DNA of 63,965 nt, filler included, from Theionarchaea archaeon (lineage in GTDB: Archaea > Methanobacteriota_B > Thermococci > Methanofastidiosales > SZ-28-30), in assembly GCA_018992565.1 (NCBI GenBank). It is 3 parts of 3 records of this genome, joined end to end, with 100 filler letters (N's around TTAATTAATTAA, not from the genome) between each part and the next. Parts side by side here need not be neighbours in the genome. Positions count along the whole stretch, not along the records: positions 1 to 21,429 come from JACVGW010000047.1; 2 more parts are not named here. One strand, 5' to 3'. This document shows, one piece after another, positions 1-10,548 of the stretch. How positions within the stretch are numbered: position 1 is the first letter of the stretch; every line of letters starts with the position of its first letter. Both the position numbers and the translations under genes were made by a program. Below the pieces are notes generated by a model. The model searched no databases, had not been told where the DNA came from, and was given only the letters and a program-made list of their open reading frames with translations.

Positions 1-399
1 ACCAGTATTGACCGCCGGTATGAGACCACAGCAGATGCAGTGCTCAACTTACCAGATAGAGAACCAACTTATGTGGTTGTGGGTAATTTCCCGCTGGTGA
101 TACGAGAATCCCTGCTTGAACAGGTGTTTGACATTGGAGACAGAGTGGCAGAAGCCTCTCAAACCCTCCATGAAAAAGGGTTAATAGGTCCTTTCTGTCT
201 TGAGACTATTATCACAGACAAGCCAGAGATCGTAGTCTTTGAGATTTCAGCCCGTATTGTAGCTGGCACCAATATATTCGTCCCGTATTCCCCCTACACA
301 TATGCCAAGTATTTCGAACCAATGAGTGCGGGAAGGCGCATTGCACGGGAGATAAAGGCAGCGGTTGAGGAAGGAAGACTCAAAGATATTGTGACCTAG
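1..399 (+). CDS. purP: 5-formaminoimidazole-4-carboxamide ribonucleotide synthetase (PurP family), 3' part only
   Basis: Frame is open from base 1 (TSIDRRYET...). Motifs YVVVGNFPLVIRESLL, GPFCLE, FEISARIVAGTN and MSAGRRIAREIK are typical of archaeal PurP. Confidence 0.9.
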   Translation, partial: TSIDRRYETTADAVLNLPDREPTYVVVGNFPLVIRESLLEQVFDIGDRVAEASQTLHEKGLIGPFCLETIITDKPEIVVFEISARIVAGTNIFVPYSPYTYAKYFEPMSAGRRIAREIKAAVEEGRLKDIVT

Positions 400-550
400 A
401 GACAGCAGAGTCCATGCCCCTTTGTTCAGATGAGGAAAGAATATATAAGTACGGGAAAAATGACTGTGCTCATGAATAATCAGTGCTCCCTCAAGGACGT
501 GTCTCGTCTCACGTTGAGTGTGTTCTGTATCAGATTCATCAGGTGATCAT

Positions 551-2050
551 ATGCTGGAACCATACATTTCAGATATTTATGCCTGTGCCCGTTGTGGTGA
601 TTGCAGAGAGTCAGTGAAGCTGGAATCTTCCCACAAAGGTGTGTACCAGGTGTGCCCTATGAAAAATCAGCTGGGGTTTGACTCATATACTGCCAGAGGA
701 AAACTGACGGTGTTGCGCCACATAATAGAAGGAAAACCCATAGATGAAGATGTGGCTGATCTGTTTTACCACTGTCTTGAATGTGGAAGCTGCTCAGAAG
801 TGTGTATCTCTCAACTGGGTGAAGGAATTGATATCCCTTCTATTGTAGAGGAATTTCGGTCTGTACTGGCGGATAACAACCTCATCAGGAAAGAACACAA
901 GCCCTTCATTGCTTCCATCAAGAACTATGACAATCCCTGGCAGATGCCCAGGTATCGGAAGGCTGAGTGGGCTGCCCCCTACAGTCTACCTGACAAAGGC
1001 GACATACTTTTCTTTGCAGGGTGTTCAAGCTCTTTATTGAATCCAGCTCTGGCTGATTCGGTGGTGAGAATCTTTCAGACATTGGATATCCCTGTGGCAT
1101 ACCTGGGAAAGAAGGAGACCTGTTGCGGTTCTTTGTTAAAGCGTTTGGGAGCTCTCAAGGACTTTAACAAGATAAAAGAGAAGAATATGAAATTATTTGA
1201 AGAATCAAAAGCCAAGACTATAGTCACCACCTGTGCAGGATGTTATCGTACGCTATCCAGAGACTATGACCTTGAAGTTCAGCACATTACTGAATTTCTG
1301 GATGAATACAGGAAAACTCACGGGCTGACATTGACACCCTTTAAGGAGAAGGTGACTTACCATGATCCCTGTCACCTGGGCAGGCACTGCGGTATCTACA
1401 TCCAGCCTCGAACCCTTATCAAAGCCATTCCTGGGATAGACTTCAAAGAAATGCCTCGGAACAGGGAGTTCTCCTGGTGTTGCGGTTCTGGGGCAGGAAT
1501 AAAGACGTACGATCCTCAACTTGCGGTGAGCATAGCCCGGGAGAGGGTGGAGGAGGCTGAGGGCAGACTAATCCTGTCAACCTGCCCCTACTGTGAGGGC
1601 AACCTCCGGGATGGGGGGGCTACAGTGATGGATATCGCTGAATTGTATGCTGAATTGTTGAAGCCTGGTGCTGTAGAAGAAACGGTATCAGATGCACTCA
1701 AGGCCTTCATGGGATATCTACAGGATCATACAGAGATCTTTTCGGAAATCAAGAGTGGCGGCATCCTGTTGTATAAGATTGAGGACCAGTTCTTCACTGT
1801 AGAGCAAACCAAGAAGGGAACCGAAATAAAGAAAGGAGAACACGACAAGCCCGACCTTCTCATAACCATTACCCATGCAGGGTGTGAGCGGTTGATGGCA
1901 TGCAAGACCAAGGAAGAGTACCTGGCCATGTACAAACACCTGTACAAGGAGACGGACGACCTGGATTTTGAGGTGAAGACTAACATGTTTAACATGGCGA
2001 GAAAGGGCTATGTCTCCTGGGCGAAGAAAGCAGGACTTCTTTCAATATAG
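551..2050 (+). CDS. Fe-S oxidoreductase, HdrD/GlpC family (2x4Fe-4S plus two CCG domains) with a C-terminal SCP2-like extension
   Basis: CARCGDC and CLECGSC clusters; CCG motifs (ETCCG, YHDPCHLGR, SWCCG). SD GGTGA lies 4 nt before ATG 551. The last ~120 aa include KKGEHDKPDLLITIT. Confidence 0.85.
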   Translation: MLEPYISDIYACARCGDCRESVKLESSHKGVYQVCPMKNQLGFDSYTARGKLTVLRHIIEGKPIDEDVADLFYHCLECGSCSEVCISQLGEGIDIPSIVEEFRSVLADNNLIRKEHKPFIASIKNYDNPWQMPRYRKAEWAAPYSLPDKGDILFFAGCSSSLLNPALADSVVRIFQTLDIPVAYLGKKETCCGSLLKRLGALKDFNKIKEKNMKLFEESKAKTIVTTCAGCYRTLSRDYDLEVQHITEFLDEYRKTHGLTLTPFKEKVTYHDPCHLGRHCGIYIQPRTLIKAIPGIDFKEMPRNREFSWCCGSGAGIKTYDPQLAVSIARERVEEAEGRLILSTCPYCEGNLRDGGATVMDIAELYAELLKPGAVEETVSDALKAFMGYLQDHTEIFSEIKSGGILLYKIEDQFFTVEQTKKGTEIKKGEHDKPDLLITITHAGCERLMACKTKEEYLAMYKHLYKETDDLDFEVKTNMFNMARKGYVSWAKKAGLLSI

Positions 2051-2194
2051 GGGGGTGGAATATACCAGTAGAAATCGTTTGGAAGCGTTCTGATCATGAA
2101 AACCTCTCAAATGATGATGGTCTCACATAGTTTGGCAGGTGAGAAAACCATTTGTTAGAAAGACTTAAATTCGTGAGATTCACCAACAGTATCA

Positions 2195-3217
2195 ATGAAG
2201 GTATGGATTGATATATCAAACGCACCTCATGCACACTTCTTTAAGCACGTGATACGAGAGCTAAAAGCAGAAGTGATTGTCACTACAAGGGCATTTGATT
2301 CCGTACCCAAGATTTTGGACTTGAATAACATTGATTATACCATAATTGGTAATCATGGGGGATCTGATGTCAGAGAAAAGCTTATAGCCTCTTCAAAGCG
2401 AATTTTGGAGCTCACCGAATTTATTGCTGAGGAAGAAGTGGATTTAGCAGTATTCAAGCATTCTGTAGAAGCCCCCCGCGTGGCTTACGGGCTGCAGATA
2501 CCCTCTTTATGTATCCTCGACAATGAGAATGCAGTGGCCCAGAACAAGCTGATGCTCCCCCTGTCCAGCAGAGTGATAGCTCCAAGCTGCATTCCTCCTG
2601 AAGAGATTATCCAATTTGGAGTTAGGAGAGAAGACCTGGTCCAGTTTAATGGTATCTGCGAACTGGCCCACGTGCGAAATTTTACCCCTAACCCAGAAGT
2701 GCTTTCATATTTGGGGCTGGATCCTGACAGGCCCATTGTCGTCATGCGTCCTGAGCCTGCCAAGGCCAATTATTTCAACGGAGATCGAAAGAAGACTATC
2801 ATTAAGACGATTCTGCAGAACAACTCTTTTGACCAGGTGGTGGTTTTCCCTCGATTTGATGAACAGAAGCATGTGCTACAATTCCCTCATACAATCATAC
2901 CAGATGAACCTCTGGATTCTCTCAGTCTGATGTATTATTCTGACCTGGTGATCAGTGCTGGGGGGTCTATGAACAGGGAGGCAGTCTGTGTAGGAACCCC
3001 TGCCCTCTCCACCTACCCTGAAAGATTACTATCTGTAACCAAGTACTTAATGGAGCTGGGATTGAAGAAGCACTCTATTGATATCCCAGAGATTCTCACG
3101 TATGCCCACCAGCTCATTGAAGACAAGGGGTACAGAGAACGGGCCGGTCACATACTGTCCACCATGGAAGACCCCGTGGATATTGTCCTGAGAGAGATCA
3201 AGACCCTTGCGGGATAA
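2195..3217 (+). CDS. DUF354-family protein (GT-B fold, putative glycosyltransferase)
   Basis: MKVWIDISNAPHAHFF N-terminus; SAGGSMNREA..GTP motif. Confidence 0.85.
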   Translation: MKVWIDISNAPHAHFFKHVIRELKAEVIVTTRAFDSVPKILDLNNIDYTIIGNHGGSDVREKLIASSKRILELTEFIAEEEVDLAVFKHSVEAPRVAYGLQIPSLCILDNENAVAQNKLMLPLSSRVIAPSCIPPEEIIQFGVRREDLVQFNGICELAHVRNFTPNPEVLSYLGLDPDRPIVVMRPEPAKANYFNGDRKKTIIKTILQNNSFDQVVVFPRFDEQKHVLQFPHTIIPDEPLDSLSLMYYSDLVISAGGSMNREAVCVGTPALSTYPERLLSVTKYLMELGLKKHSIDIPEILTYAHQLIEDKGYRERAGHILSTMEDPVDIVLREIKTLAG

Positions 3218-3277
3218 CCTTCAATTCCCGCTGAAGTGAAGTGCAACCTTTATATTCTTCATCTTAGAGATACTACT

Positions 3278-3904
3278 ATGAATCTGGATGAGATGGTTCA
3301 TGTCTTCCGGACAGATGAGGAAAAGGCAAAGCTCCTGGCCATGCAGATTGCTAATGATCGAGGGCGGGAAGTGCTGGAATGCCTTTTCAGGGGAAGACCC
3401 AAGTCTGCATCTGAAATAGCTCGAGAGCTCAACGTTCCCCTTCCCACTGTCATGTTTCACATTGAACGCTTCTTGGAGATTGGTATCATAAAGATAGCAA
3501 AAACCCGTATGTCCAAGAAACTGCGGGAAATAAAGTACTACGGCCCCTCTAAGAGGGCAATCCTCATAATACCTTATCAGAAGGAGGAGACCATATCGTA
3601 CATCAAGGATGCTATACGAACATCTGTCATTACACCCATCTCTCTGGGATTGGCTGTCGTGCTTTCAGCAGTTGCAGGGTATGCACTTTACCAGACTGGC
3701 CGGCCCATGCCGCAGGCCCTTCTGGCTGATTACGAGGAAGCTCCTGTCGCCCCTCTGGAAAAGGCAGGGGGGGTGGCAGAAGGAGTGACACAGCACCTGA
3801 ATGAGTTCTTTTCTTTGTCCAACCCATTCGTTCTTGTGCTCACAGGATGTCTCATTACACTGGGCGTTTTAGTTGTCTATTCCTATGTAAAGAATAGAAA
3901 ATAA
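3278..3904 (+). CDS. ArsR-type winged-HTH regulator with two C-terminal transmembrane helices
   Basis: SASEIARELNVPLPTVMFHI HTH; two hydrophobic segments; TTTATAT box about 25 nt upstream of ATG 3278. Confidence 0.8.
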   Translation: MNLDEMVHVFRTDEEKAKLLAMQIANDRGREVLECLFRGRPKSASEIARELNVPLPTVMFHIERFLEIGIIKIAKTRMSKKLREIKYYGPSKRAILIIPYQKEETISYIKDAIRTSVITPISLGLAVVLSAVAGYALYQTGRPMPQALLADYEEAPVAPLEKAGGVAEGVTQHLNEFFSLSNPFVLVLTGCLITLGVLVVYSYVKNRK

Positions 3905-5128
3905 TCAGCGGTTGTTCTTATTTCTGAAGAAAAAGTAGAACAGTCCAGTACCCACCATATAGATGGAACCTGTGATCTGGAATGCCTGGTTGAAATTTCC
4001 TACAGACAGTAAATACCCTCCAACATCTGATCCCAAGGCCCTGAAGAAGGTGGATCCAAACTGTGACAGGCTATTTGCCTTTCCACGTTCATGTTCTGGG
4101 ATTTCATCCATGAAGAAATTCTGCTGTGCTGGGCTGGCCATATTCATCAACGTAGTCCTGAAAAAGTATCCGATAAACGAAGGGAACAGAGAGTCGGACA
4201 CAGTGATCAGCAACAGGAACGGAATGGATAAAACCTGCGTCAGCACAATGGATCCCACCTTTCCATATCTTCTCACTACAAAAGGCAGCACCAGAGAGGC
4301 GATGCCCATTGACAATTCTCCGAGGGAAAACATCAATCCAATCTGGGCAGGTGTGGCTTTCAGCACCTGAGAAAAGTACACATTGAAGAAAGGCACAATG
4401 ACTCCAGCCCCAAACCCAATTAATGACGAGCAAAATACAAACTGGCCCACAAATTTCTTCTTCTGTCCAAACAAACTGGTTTCTGAGGATGTAGTAATGA
4501 TAGCCTTTTTCTTTTCCGTGATAAGAAACAGGGGGAAGAAAGCCAGCAGTGTGAAGATACCAGCTGTCAACAACGTGTACTGGTACTGTACTGTCACTGT
4601 CATTCTCGTCACAGACAACACCGCGGGCAGCAACCCTCCGATTAGACTTCCTATCATCCGTGAAAAACTCCTCAAAGCAGCATCGACGCTGAACAGGTGC
4701 ATTCTCTCGTAGGGATTGCTCTGTTCCGTCATGAAGGGGGCGATAACTACCATAATCAAAGAATTCGACAACCCACGGATGCTGTTCCCCACCAGGAGGA
4801 GGTATCTATCCTGAGCAATACTCACTGCAATGGTAGAGCCAATCATCAATCCGGTGGAAAGGAGCAAGGTATTCTTCCTGCCGATCTTATCTGAAATAGC
4901 CCCTCCAGGGAACAAGAACACTGCAGAAAAGATGAGGTTTGAGGAGATCACTATTCCCAGAAACGTAGCAGAGTAACCCAGTTCCAGAATATACAAGTTG
5001 AAGATTACGTTGAAAATTCCTAGCCCAACAGTTATCAGACAGTGACTGAAGAGGAATATCTTGCTGTTTCTGGAGAAGGAACGGATTCTGTCCATGTAGT
5101 CTGTGATCTCATCCTTGATGGCAGCCAT
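3905..5128 (-). CDS. MFS transporter
   Basis: About 12 TM segments; motif A GAISDKIGRK. Confidence 0.9.
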   Translation of the reverse strand: MAAIKDEITDYMDRIRSFSRNSKIFLFSHCLITVGLGIFNVIFNLYILELGYSATFLGIVISSNLIFSAVFLFPGGAISDKIGRKNTLLLSTGLMIGSTIAVSIAQDRYLLLVGNSIRGLSNSLIMVVIAPFMTEQSNPYERMHLFSVDAALRSFSRMIGSLIGGLLPAVLSVTRMTVTVQYQYTLLTAGIFTLLAFFPLFLITEKKKAIITTSSETSLFGQKKKFVGQFVFCSSLIGFGAGVIVPFFNVYFSQVLKATPAQIGLMFSLGELSMGIASLVLPFVVRRYGKVGSIVLTQVLSIPFLLLITVSDSLFPSFIGYFFRTTLMNMASPAQQNFFMDEIPEHERGKANSLSQFGSTFFRALGSDVGGYLLSVGNFNQAFQITGSIYMVGTGLFYFFFRNKNNR

Positions 5129-5213
5129 CGAGTGGTAGAATTTGGGTCACTATAAAAAGCTATTGGTTGCAAGGTGTCGGTTACAGGACCTGTGATATCT
5201 GGCATTGTGTGGA

Positions 5214-6449
5214 TCACTGTAGTGCCTTCAAATAGGTCGGGGCAGCTCCGGTGATGGTGACTCTTGAGAATGAACCCATACTTCCCACACAAACCACAGG
5301 TTTATAATTGGAAAGCCTACCTATCATGGTGGGAGATACTGTTCCTTCCTGGTTAATAAGAACTTCATGAGATTCTCCCACGTACCTTCTGTTGATGGAT
5401 AGGGAGATATCCATTCGAAGCTTGTATAACAGGCGTGAACGTTCTTTTTTTATCCAATCAGGGATTTGAGGCATTTTAGAGGCTTCAGTCTTGGGACGAG
5501 GTGAGAATCTGGTAACATTTATCTTGTCCGGGTTGATCTTCTTCACCAGCGCCAGTGTATCGTGAAATTGCTCTTCTGTTTCTGTGGGAAATCCCACAAT
5601 GACATCCGTACACAGGTAAAGTTCAGGGAATTCGGTCCTGAAGGCCCGACAGACAGTCAAGAACTCATCTACCGTGTACTTCCTGTTCATTGCCTGGAGG
5701 ATGTGATCATTCCCTGATTGAACAGGAATGTGCAGGAACTTGTAGATTTTATCGTGGCGGTACACAGAGACAAGGTCCTCCAGGATATCCAGGGTATGGT
5801 TGGGGTTCATCATCCCCACTCTGATTCTGAATTTTCCTTCTAGGGAGGCGAGTTTTTCCAGAAGGGAATGGAGTCTCTCTCCTGCATCAAGATCTGTGCC
5901 GTAGCACCCGGTATCCTGGGAAGTGATTTGCAGTTCCTTATACCCATTAGAAATGAATTCCCTTGCTGTTTTTACAATTGACTCTAGAGGATAGCTGTAT
6001 AAGTGACCCCGGGCAAACCGAGCAGCACAATAGGTGCAGGAACCTAAACATCCTTCAGAAATTGGAATGATGGCGTTGACTCCATCTCCTACGCGAGGAT
6101 AGCACAGTTTGTTCTTTTTTTCGTCTCTAATAATGTGAACAGCACTCCCTTCTCTGACTTTTTGAACAGCCTCAACAATATCATAAACATTAGTCCCTAC
6201 AACATTGACATCCAGGTCAGATATCTTGGGAAGACATCCTGCCACAATCAAGGGCTTATTGGTGGCCTTGATTTCTTCAATCCGTTTTCTTATCTTGTGT
6301 TCAGTGGGTCCTTTTACCCCACAGGAATTTATAATGGCAATATCTGCTTCTTCTAGACTTTCTGTAATTTGAGGACGGAGTAAAGCCTTGATGATTTCTG
6401 AATCTGCCTTATTCATGGTGCAGCCATAGGTTTCCAAATAGATTGACAT
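5214..6449 (-). CDS. Archaeal-type tRNA methylthiotransferase (MiaB-like/MtaB; UPF0004-radical SAM-TRAM)
   Basis: ETYGCTMN, NSCGV, AGCL, GCLGSCTYC, HIPVQSG and a TRAM tail. Own TATA near 6472-6479. Confidence 0.9.
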   Translation of the reverse strand: MSIYLETYGCTMNKADSEIIKALLRPQITESLEEADIAIINSCGVKGPTEHKIRKRIEEIKATNKPLIVAGCLPKISDLDVNVVGTNVYDIVEAVQKVREGSAVHIIRDEKKNKLCYPRVGDGVNAIIPISEGCLGSCTYCAARFARGHLYSYPLESIVKTAREFISNGYKELQITSQDTGCYGTDLDAGERLHSLLEKLASLEGKFRIRVGMMNPNHTLDILEDLVSVYRHDKIYKFLHIPVQSGNDHILQAMNRKYTVDEFLTVCRAFRTEFPELYLCTDVIVGFPTETEEQFHDTLALVKKINPDKINVTRFSPRPKTEASKMPQIPDWIKKERSRLLYKLRMDISLSINRRYVGESHEVLINQEGTVSPTMIGRLSNYKPVVCVGSMGSFSRVTITGAAPTYLKALQ

Positions 6450-6534
6450 TTATTGGAGAGGGGCATGGAAATATATAACAGTTATTGACGTTCCAGAGTG
6501 CTGACCAGGGCACGTCGAGATGGCATTCTTGCCC

Positions 6535-7758
6535 TCATGTATCTAGTGGCTCTCGCGTGGAACATTCGCCAGCCATCCTCAGCATGAAAAGAGCAGGTAT
6601 GCCCAACAGAATCACTGCTGATGCTGCATACCATGAACTAATAATGGAAGTATATTCTGCAATCAAACCAAATATAATGAGTCCCAGAGCTGCAGCTCCT
6701 CTGCACATCATGGAATCAAATGAAAGAATTGTTGCCCTTGTTTCTGCTGGTATGTGGTCATTTATATAGGCTTTCCGGGTGGGAAGCATAACGCCTCTCC
6801 CCATGAAGTAAAAGAAGAAAACAGGTAGCGACAGTATGAAGTAGTTTGATAGTGCCAGTCCCAGAGATGTTGCAGCACAAACAAGAGTTGAAACAATCAA
6901 TATCTGGTACCGTTTGAATAATGATGTCCAGTGCACCAGAAGACTTCCGGCCATCAATCCAAGCGATAGGGCGACCCAGGCAAACCCTACCTCTTGGGTA
7001 TTGGCAATTTCCTGAAAGTATGGCTGCCAGTACTGCATCACAGCCATGTATGCAAACATTGAGATCGCACCAGGTATGATCAGAAGCAACACAACCTTGT
7101 TCTTCACGCCGTAGGTCACGCTGAATCCGATGATTTTTCTCATTCGTGATACTCCGTTTCTCAGAGACAGGGATTCTTTTTCCAAGTACACCTCATCCAT
7201 CAAGACGTATCCCATCCAGAGGGTTGCCAGAGCCAGAAAAGCTCCTCCCAGGAAGGGAAATGCCAGGTTGTATGAGCCCAAGAATGCTCCAAACAGACCA
7301 GCGGCAATTGATACACCGCTGGTGAGCGTGGCAGCTCTTCCAAAGAGCCTGTCTTTCTTCTGTGTATACCCATTCATGTCCAGAGAGTCCACAAACCATG
7401 CTTCCAGTGCACCTGAGTGGAAGGTCATCCCAATGGCAGCCACCACTTCAGCCATGGCAAACAAGAGAAAGGAGCCGGAGAAAAAGTATATGAGAAAAGA
7501 GAGAGACATGAACATGCAGGCGATCAGGAAAGAACGTTTGCGTCCAAACATATCTGATACAGCACCCGTTGGAATCTCCAGAAGGAATACGCTCCCCATG
7601 TAAAAGATGTTTACAAGGTTGACTTGTAACAGATTTAACCCTTTGGATAGCATAAAAAGTATGTTTGTAGCCTGGATGGTATTCACTGACAGCATAAAAA
7701 AGCATTCCATCAGGTAAAACGTGAGCACTGTCTTCTTTAGTCTATCTATGATGCTCAC
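6535..7758 (-). CDS. MFS transporter, putative exporter of RiPP locus 1
   Basis: LEIPTGAVSDMFGRK and FHSGALEAW motifs. The start overlaps the stop of the upstream radical SAM gene. Confidence 0.88.
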   Translation of the reverse strand: MSIIDRLKKTVLTFYLMECFFMLSVNTIQATNILFMLSKGLNLLQVNLVNIFYMGSVFLLEIPTGAVSDMFGRKRSFLIACMFMSLSFLIYFFSGSFLLFAMAEVVAAIGMTFHSGALEAWFVDSLDMNGYTQKKDRLFGRAATLTSGVSIAAGLFGAFLGSYNLAFPFLGGAFLALATLWMGYVLMDEVYLEKESLSLRNGVSRMRKIIGFSVTYGVKNKVVLLLIIPGAISMFAYMAVMQYWQPYFQEIANTQEVGFAWVALSLGLMAGSLLVHWTSLFKRYQILIVSTLVCAATSLGLALSNYFILSLPVFFFYFMGRGVMLPTRKAYINDHIPAETRATILSFDSMMCRGAAALGLIIFGLIAEYTSIISSWYAASAVILLGIPALFMLRMAGECSTREPLDT

Positions 7759-9118
7759 CCTCGGGCCTCTCCTTCAAGAAAGGATAGTAGTACCGAGCAG
7801 ACTCACTGAGAACTTCTCCCACATCAGTGCAGTAGGGCCTCCCGATGCCCTCCCCCTTTTCAGCGGCAAGCTTGGTACACCCTCCGCCGCATACAAGCGC
7901 CAGGTTGCAGGATTTGCACTCAGGAATGTGAAGGATACTCCTGTTTCTCCACTGCCCCAGTGCGCTTTCATCTATTTCGAGAGTGGGAAAGAATCGTCCG
8001 ATTTTGTACTCTTCAACGCCGGCGCAATTAACACAGGTATATACATCCCCCTTTAAGTCAAAACAAAAGCGAGTCATATTCGCTCCACAAAACTTGAACT
8101 GGGGAGATGGCAGCTGGTCAGTTTCCAGGGCCTTTCTGAAGATTTCCGCCCCAACCCATCCAATAAGGTGGATGACACGCATCTCCTGGTAATTCCGGTA
8201 CAGGTCGTAGATCTGGTGTAACGCAACATGCTCTGGCAGCCTGTGCCTGTATTCCATGCAACTGATGTCTCTCATGGGGGCCATGTAGGGTACAATCAAC
8301 TTGTTTTCTTCCCAGCCCTGTTCTATGAAAAACCGAGCCAGCTCAGGTAGAAGGGCCAAATTCTGAGCATCCACATTGATGCGGATAGCCATCTTTATGT
8401 TGTTGTCCACAGCTTTCTGGATTCCTCTAATGATGGGGGTGAAGGTTCCACTGGTCTTGGGTGATATGCGCCTCTTGTTGTGCATCGTCTCCGGCCCGTC
8501 CACTGTAACCTGAATAAACTCCAGGTCATAGGAGGACAGCATGTCAACATAGGATTCAAGTTCCACGCCGTTTGAGACTATCTTTGGCTTCCATCCACGA
8601 TTACTACTCTCATCAAGAATCTTCTTGATGACTTCGAATTGCCTCTTACTCTTCAGGAGCGGTTCTCCTCCGAATATTACAAAGTAGGGGAGTTCTTTGG
8701 ATGGTGATTTTTCTTGAAGATAGTCCATGCTCTCAAACGCAGCGTGAAGGCATTGATCATCAATAACCACATTTTTCCGAGCCGAGTGATCCTGAAAGCA
8801 GTAGCTACATCGAAGGTTGCACGCATAGGTGGGGTACAGATAAAAAACGGGAAGACTCATCTTGATTTTCTGCTCATACTCTCTGAATCGGTAGTTCAGA
8901 TATTTCTCTTCGTATTCTTCCGTTTCGAACACGTATCCCTTTCTCTTCAACGTGGTCAGTGTATCGCCATTATTGACTTTTTCACCACGTTCCACTCTCC
9001 TGAGAATGTCCACCACATCATCATCAACAATATCCATGGCGGATGACAGGTTATTCATTAAAATATACATTCCTTTTTCGTCCACTGGGAACAACAAATT
9101 ATAACGACTGAGATGCAT
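7742..9118 (-). CDS. Radical SAM/SPASM peptide maturase B, N-terminal RRE-like domain
   Basis: CNLRCSYC, FGGEPLL; SPASM CGA..GDVYTC...CKSC..VCGGGC..C; N-terminus SRYN..LMNNLSSAMDIVD. Confidence 0.92.
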   Translation of the reverse strand: MHLSRYNLLFPVDEKGMYILMNNLSSAMDIVDDDVVDILRRVERGEKVNNGDTLTTLKRKGYVFETEEYEEKYLNYRFREYEQKIKMSLPVFYLYPTYACNLRCSYCFQDHSARKNVVIDDQCLHAAFESMDYLQEKSPSKELPYFVIFGGEPLLKSKRQFEVIKKILDESSNRGWKPKIVSNGVELESYVDMLSSYDLEFIQVTVDGPETMHNKRRISPKTSGTFTPIIRGIQKAVDNNIKMAIRINVDAQNLALLPELARFFIEQGWEENKLIVPYMAPMRDISCMEYRHRLPEHVALHQIYDLYRNYQEMRVIHLIGWVGAEIFRKALETDQLPSPQFKFCGANMTRFCFDLKGDVYTCVNCAGVEEYKIGRFFPTLEIDESALGQWRNRSILHIPECKSCNLALVCGGGCTKLAAEKGEGIGRPYCTDVGEVLSESARYYYPFLKERPEGEHHR

Positions 9119-9124
9119 GTTATG

Positions 9125-10495
9125 CTAACCTCCCTCTGCTTTTTTCTTTATCAAGGGGTAGTAGTAATGAAACCCGAGATTCAATATCTGATGTATCCCC
9201 ACACAGGGACTGGCCTGCAGTGAACCATATTTGGTTACTGCAATGAATGTACAACCTCCCCCACACAGGAGGTTGTAAGAACAAGTGCTGCACTTAGGAA
9301 GTGTCAGAATATTCCTGGTTTTCCACTGGTCCAGCAATTCAGTATAGAACTCAAGGTCAGGTGAATACCTCCCAATGATCTGGCTCTTCTCCCCTGCGAA
9401 TCCAGCGCACGCATAGATGTCCCCGAATGTGTCAAAACACAAGCGTTTCATTCCAGCACCGCAGAAGTTGAAGAGTGGAGAATACAGCCATCCCTTCTTT
9501 ATGAGATTCTCTATGCTTTCCATCCACCTCCATCCCATGAGGGTGATGATTTTTGTTTCTGGGTTGTTGGTATACATTTTCAGTATTGTCTTCAGTAACT
9601 GGGGGAGTGGAATGACGTTTTCCTGTCCAATGCATCCAGAATCTCTCACAGCTGCAATATACGGAGTAATTAACCCCGTGTCTCTCCAGCCTCTTTCTAT
9701 GATAAATGAGGCCATTTCAGGTAATGAGTGGAGGTTCTCCTTGTCTACATTGATTCGCAGTGCGATATGCATTCCTACTTCTTTCAACACTTTGTCTACA
9801 TTATCTGCAATCTTGTCAAAACTTCCAGACCCGTCTGCGAATATTCTCCTCTTGTTATGAATATCTCTCGGTCCATCCAGGGTGACCTGGATATGTTTGT
9901 CTACATATTTCTGGATTGTGTCTATGTAGTGATTGAGATCAACCCCATTAGTGATAATTTTTGAGTGAAATCCACTATCTTGGCATTTCTTCAAAATATA
10001 GGTGACCGCATCTTTCTGCTCTTTGCGGTACATCAGTGGCTCTCCTCCAAACAAGGTGAGCAGGGGTTGTCCTTTGGATCCTCCCTCTGCATGGATTTTT
10101 TCCATGACTTCAAACGCCCTATCAACGAGACGTGGCTTGATGACATCTCCCTTCCTCATGTCCTCTGTCTGAAAACAGTAGGTGCAGCGCAGGTTGCATC
10201 CATATGTCGGATAGATAAAGAAGGACTCAGGCTCTAAAGCAAGGTTCTTACTCCACTGTTCAAATGCTTCTGTAATCAACCTTTCTTCATCTTCTTTTTT
10301 TCCATAGATGTACCTTCTCTTTGCCAATTCATGAAGTATTTCCGTCGTACCTGTTAGCTTCCCTTTCCGTAGGTTCTTGATGACATTGATGACCTCTGCG
10401 TCAACAATGTCGACAGCTCCTGAAAGAGGATTTACCAAGATAATGTCCTCTGTATCAGAAATAGGAAAAAAGAAAGTATAACGACTGACGTACAT
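9125..10495 (-). CDS. Radical SAM/SPASM peptide maturase A, N-terminal RRE-like domain
   Basis: CNLRCTYC, FGGEPL; SPASM CGAG..GDIYAC...CSTC..LCGGGC..C. GGTGA SD 5 nt before ATG 10495 (MYVSRY...). Paralog of 7742-9118. Confidence 0.92.
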   Translation of the reverse strand: MYVSRYTFFFPISDTEDIILVNPLSGAVDIVDAEVINVIKNLRKGKLTGTTEILHELAKRRYIYGKKEDEERLITEAFEQWSKNLALEPESFFIYPTYGCNLRCTYCFQTEDMRKGDVIKPRLVDRAFEVMEKIHAEGGSKGQPLLTLFGGEPLMYRKEQKDAVTYILKKCQDSGFHSKIITNGVDLNHYIDTIQKYVDKHIQVTLDGPRDIHNKRRIFADGSGSFDKIADNVDKVLKEVGMHIALRINVDKENLHSLPEMASFIIERGWRDTGLITPYIAAVRDSGCIGQENVIPLPQLLKTILKMYTNNPETKIITLMGWRWMESIENLIKKGWLYSPLFNFCGAGMKRLCFDTFGDIYACAGFAGEKSQIIGRYSPDLEFYTELLDQWKTRNILTLPKCSTCSYNLLCGGGCTFIAVTKYGSLQASPCVGIHQILNLGFHYYYPLIKKKAEGG

Positions 10496-10548
10496 AGTAA
10501 TCACCAAATCCGGCACTGTGTGTCTTATGGCCCAGCAACTCCATGTAT

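Noticed and set aside
5214..6449. Third radical SAM enzyme of RiPP locus 1
   Set aside because: It has the UPF0004-rSAM-TRAM architecture of a tRNA methylthiotransferase and its own TATA box, so it is housekeeping.
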